From assembly GCA_965112155.1 (NCBI GenBank), contig OZ218099.1: a stretch of 64,000 bases of DNA; one strand, given 5' to 3'. Below, piece by piece: positions 62,533 to 64,000 of this stretch; position 1 is the stretch's first letter; the number at the start of each line of letters is the position of its first letter. The notes below the pieces were generated by a model, which saw nothing but the letters and a program-made list of their open reading frames with translations, did not search any database and was not told the origin of the DNA. The stretch comes from Podarcis liolepis. Its lineage: Eukaryota. A program made the position numbers and the translations under genes.

Positions 62533-64000
62533 TACTGAAAAATTTACAGAGTAGTCCTAACACTCAGATCCACTGGCTGGAGGGGTTAGGATTAGGCAGA
62601 GGTGCCTCTTTATCAGCAAAGAAGCACTCTGCTTATAGGCAGATCACCATGCCCATGGAATGCAGCGTGGACATTGCAGAGTGGGGATGGGTTGGGGTGA
62701 ATTTGAGTCTACTAGGTTAAAGTCCCCTTCATTCTCTTGAGAGAGGCCCAACGATCAGGTTCTCTCCACCTATGTCAGCCTAAAGCTGGTATAAATAATT
62801 TCCCCCCACTGGAATCAATGGGCGGGGTTTAAAAAAAAATCTACCACTTCACACCCCACCCCACTTAGAGTAACTGTCAGTCATTTCTGTGCCTTTACGT
62901 TTTCCTCATTTCTGGATTCTGTAATTAAGTCTCATACTACTGGTATAAAAGATATCCCTGTTCCACAGATGATACAGAGATAAAGCTAATTTGCCTCAAA
63001 GTTACACCAAAATTGGTGCTGAAGCTCACAGAAGAGTTAAATAGTTTTAAGAGCAAGCCCTTTAGTACTAAGTATTATGCCATCCATTCTCCTGTTGACA
63101 CATTCTTGACTCGCAGGCAACAGCAAAAAACTGTCTTTCTAGGACTCCTCTTTTCCCCATAAATGAGGCACAATCTGTAATTGTGCTAAAAGTCTAACTT
63201 CAGCCTCTTCTCCCAGACTTAATTATTTGGCATGGGTTCTTCTCGCTCGTCCATGACAACTTGGGGGAAACTAAAGCTAGCTGGACATTGGTTGACTAAT
63301 TCTAAACTATGAAAGATCTTCAGAAAGATTTGATAGCAAGAAGAAGTACATAAATGGCCGGTAGGTGTTTATTTCACTAAGAAAGCAGCTAGTGAGTTAG
63401 TTTGCCCTATGAGCATTGTATTCGGTGGCATGGCAGTAACAAGACACTTTGTGGCTTGGAAGTCAGATATAACAATGTGTGGTTGCTGAGATTGCAGAAC
63501 TACGCAGTGTATTGCCTTCGGCAGGAAAGGATTCGACACCAAGATTCATATGCACTAATCTTCACACACAGCCATTACAAAAAGAGAAAGCACAGACATA
63601 AAAGTATCTCTTCTTGAGCTCTAGGGTGTGTCACAAAAGGGAAAGCCCATCCTAGTCTCTTTAAATTTTCTTTAACCTTCTATAGTGCAAATGGTACCTT
63701 AGCCCAAAGCAGTCTTTCAATACAGACAATTTTTACAGTGAACATTCAGCGTTTTTAAGTCCAGATGCTTTGCTTCACTCCTGCAAAGTCTCTGAGGCCT
63801 CCTCAAATGTCCTGATAGGATGGCCTCTTGCTTCCAAAGTGAACTGGTATCCCTTTTGTAGAGAAAGGCAGCCATTCAAGATGTTGGTGGATAGGTGTGA
63901 ATGGGACACACACTGCCCCAATACAACAGAAGTCCCTGTTGATTAACACCAGCCATGGACCTAAAACCAACTTGCACCTCTTGGGGAAACTAAAATGACT

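Noticed and set aside
46536-64000. GDF11 or another host CDS downstream of SARNP
   Set aside because: No TGF-beta-like or other recognisable coding exon seen on either strand, so no gene symbol is assigned.
1-64000. CRISPR arrays, operons, rRNA, or intronic snoRNA/miRNA genes
   Set aside because: This is eukaryotic intron-rich DNA with no repeat-spacer arrays, and no RNA gene I can recognise by eye. An Infernal/Rfam scan would be needed to exclude small RNAs.

Overview
This is vertebrate genomic DNA, almost certainly a squamate and probably a lacertid lizard, judged from Sauria SINEs, BovB, CR1, L2, a DIRS element and lizard-type MITEs. The window holds the 3' part of SARNP (CIP29/THO1, TREX mRNA-export factor) on the + strand. 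Nine GT-AG coding exons (exons 3-11 by human numbering) span 1502-46535 and splice in frame to 165 aa. The SAP-domain exons lie upstream of the window. Intron 9 is about 28.4 kb. It contains a decayed but near full-length DIRS1-type tyrosine-recombinase retrotransposon with three nested MITEs, other transposons, and a motif-dense candidate developmental enhancer at about 41.5-41.9 kb. Downstream of SARNP there is no other recognisable host CDS. That region has an unassigned decayed ORF with a 54-bp repeat and a strong minus-strand poly(A) signal near 61.7 kb, possibly from a convergent neighbour (GDF11 in human synteny). Most ORF-track entries are spurious or transposon-derived. I see no wholly new biological system. 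The best leads are splicing-level control of SARNP, the candidate enhancer and the transposon architecture.
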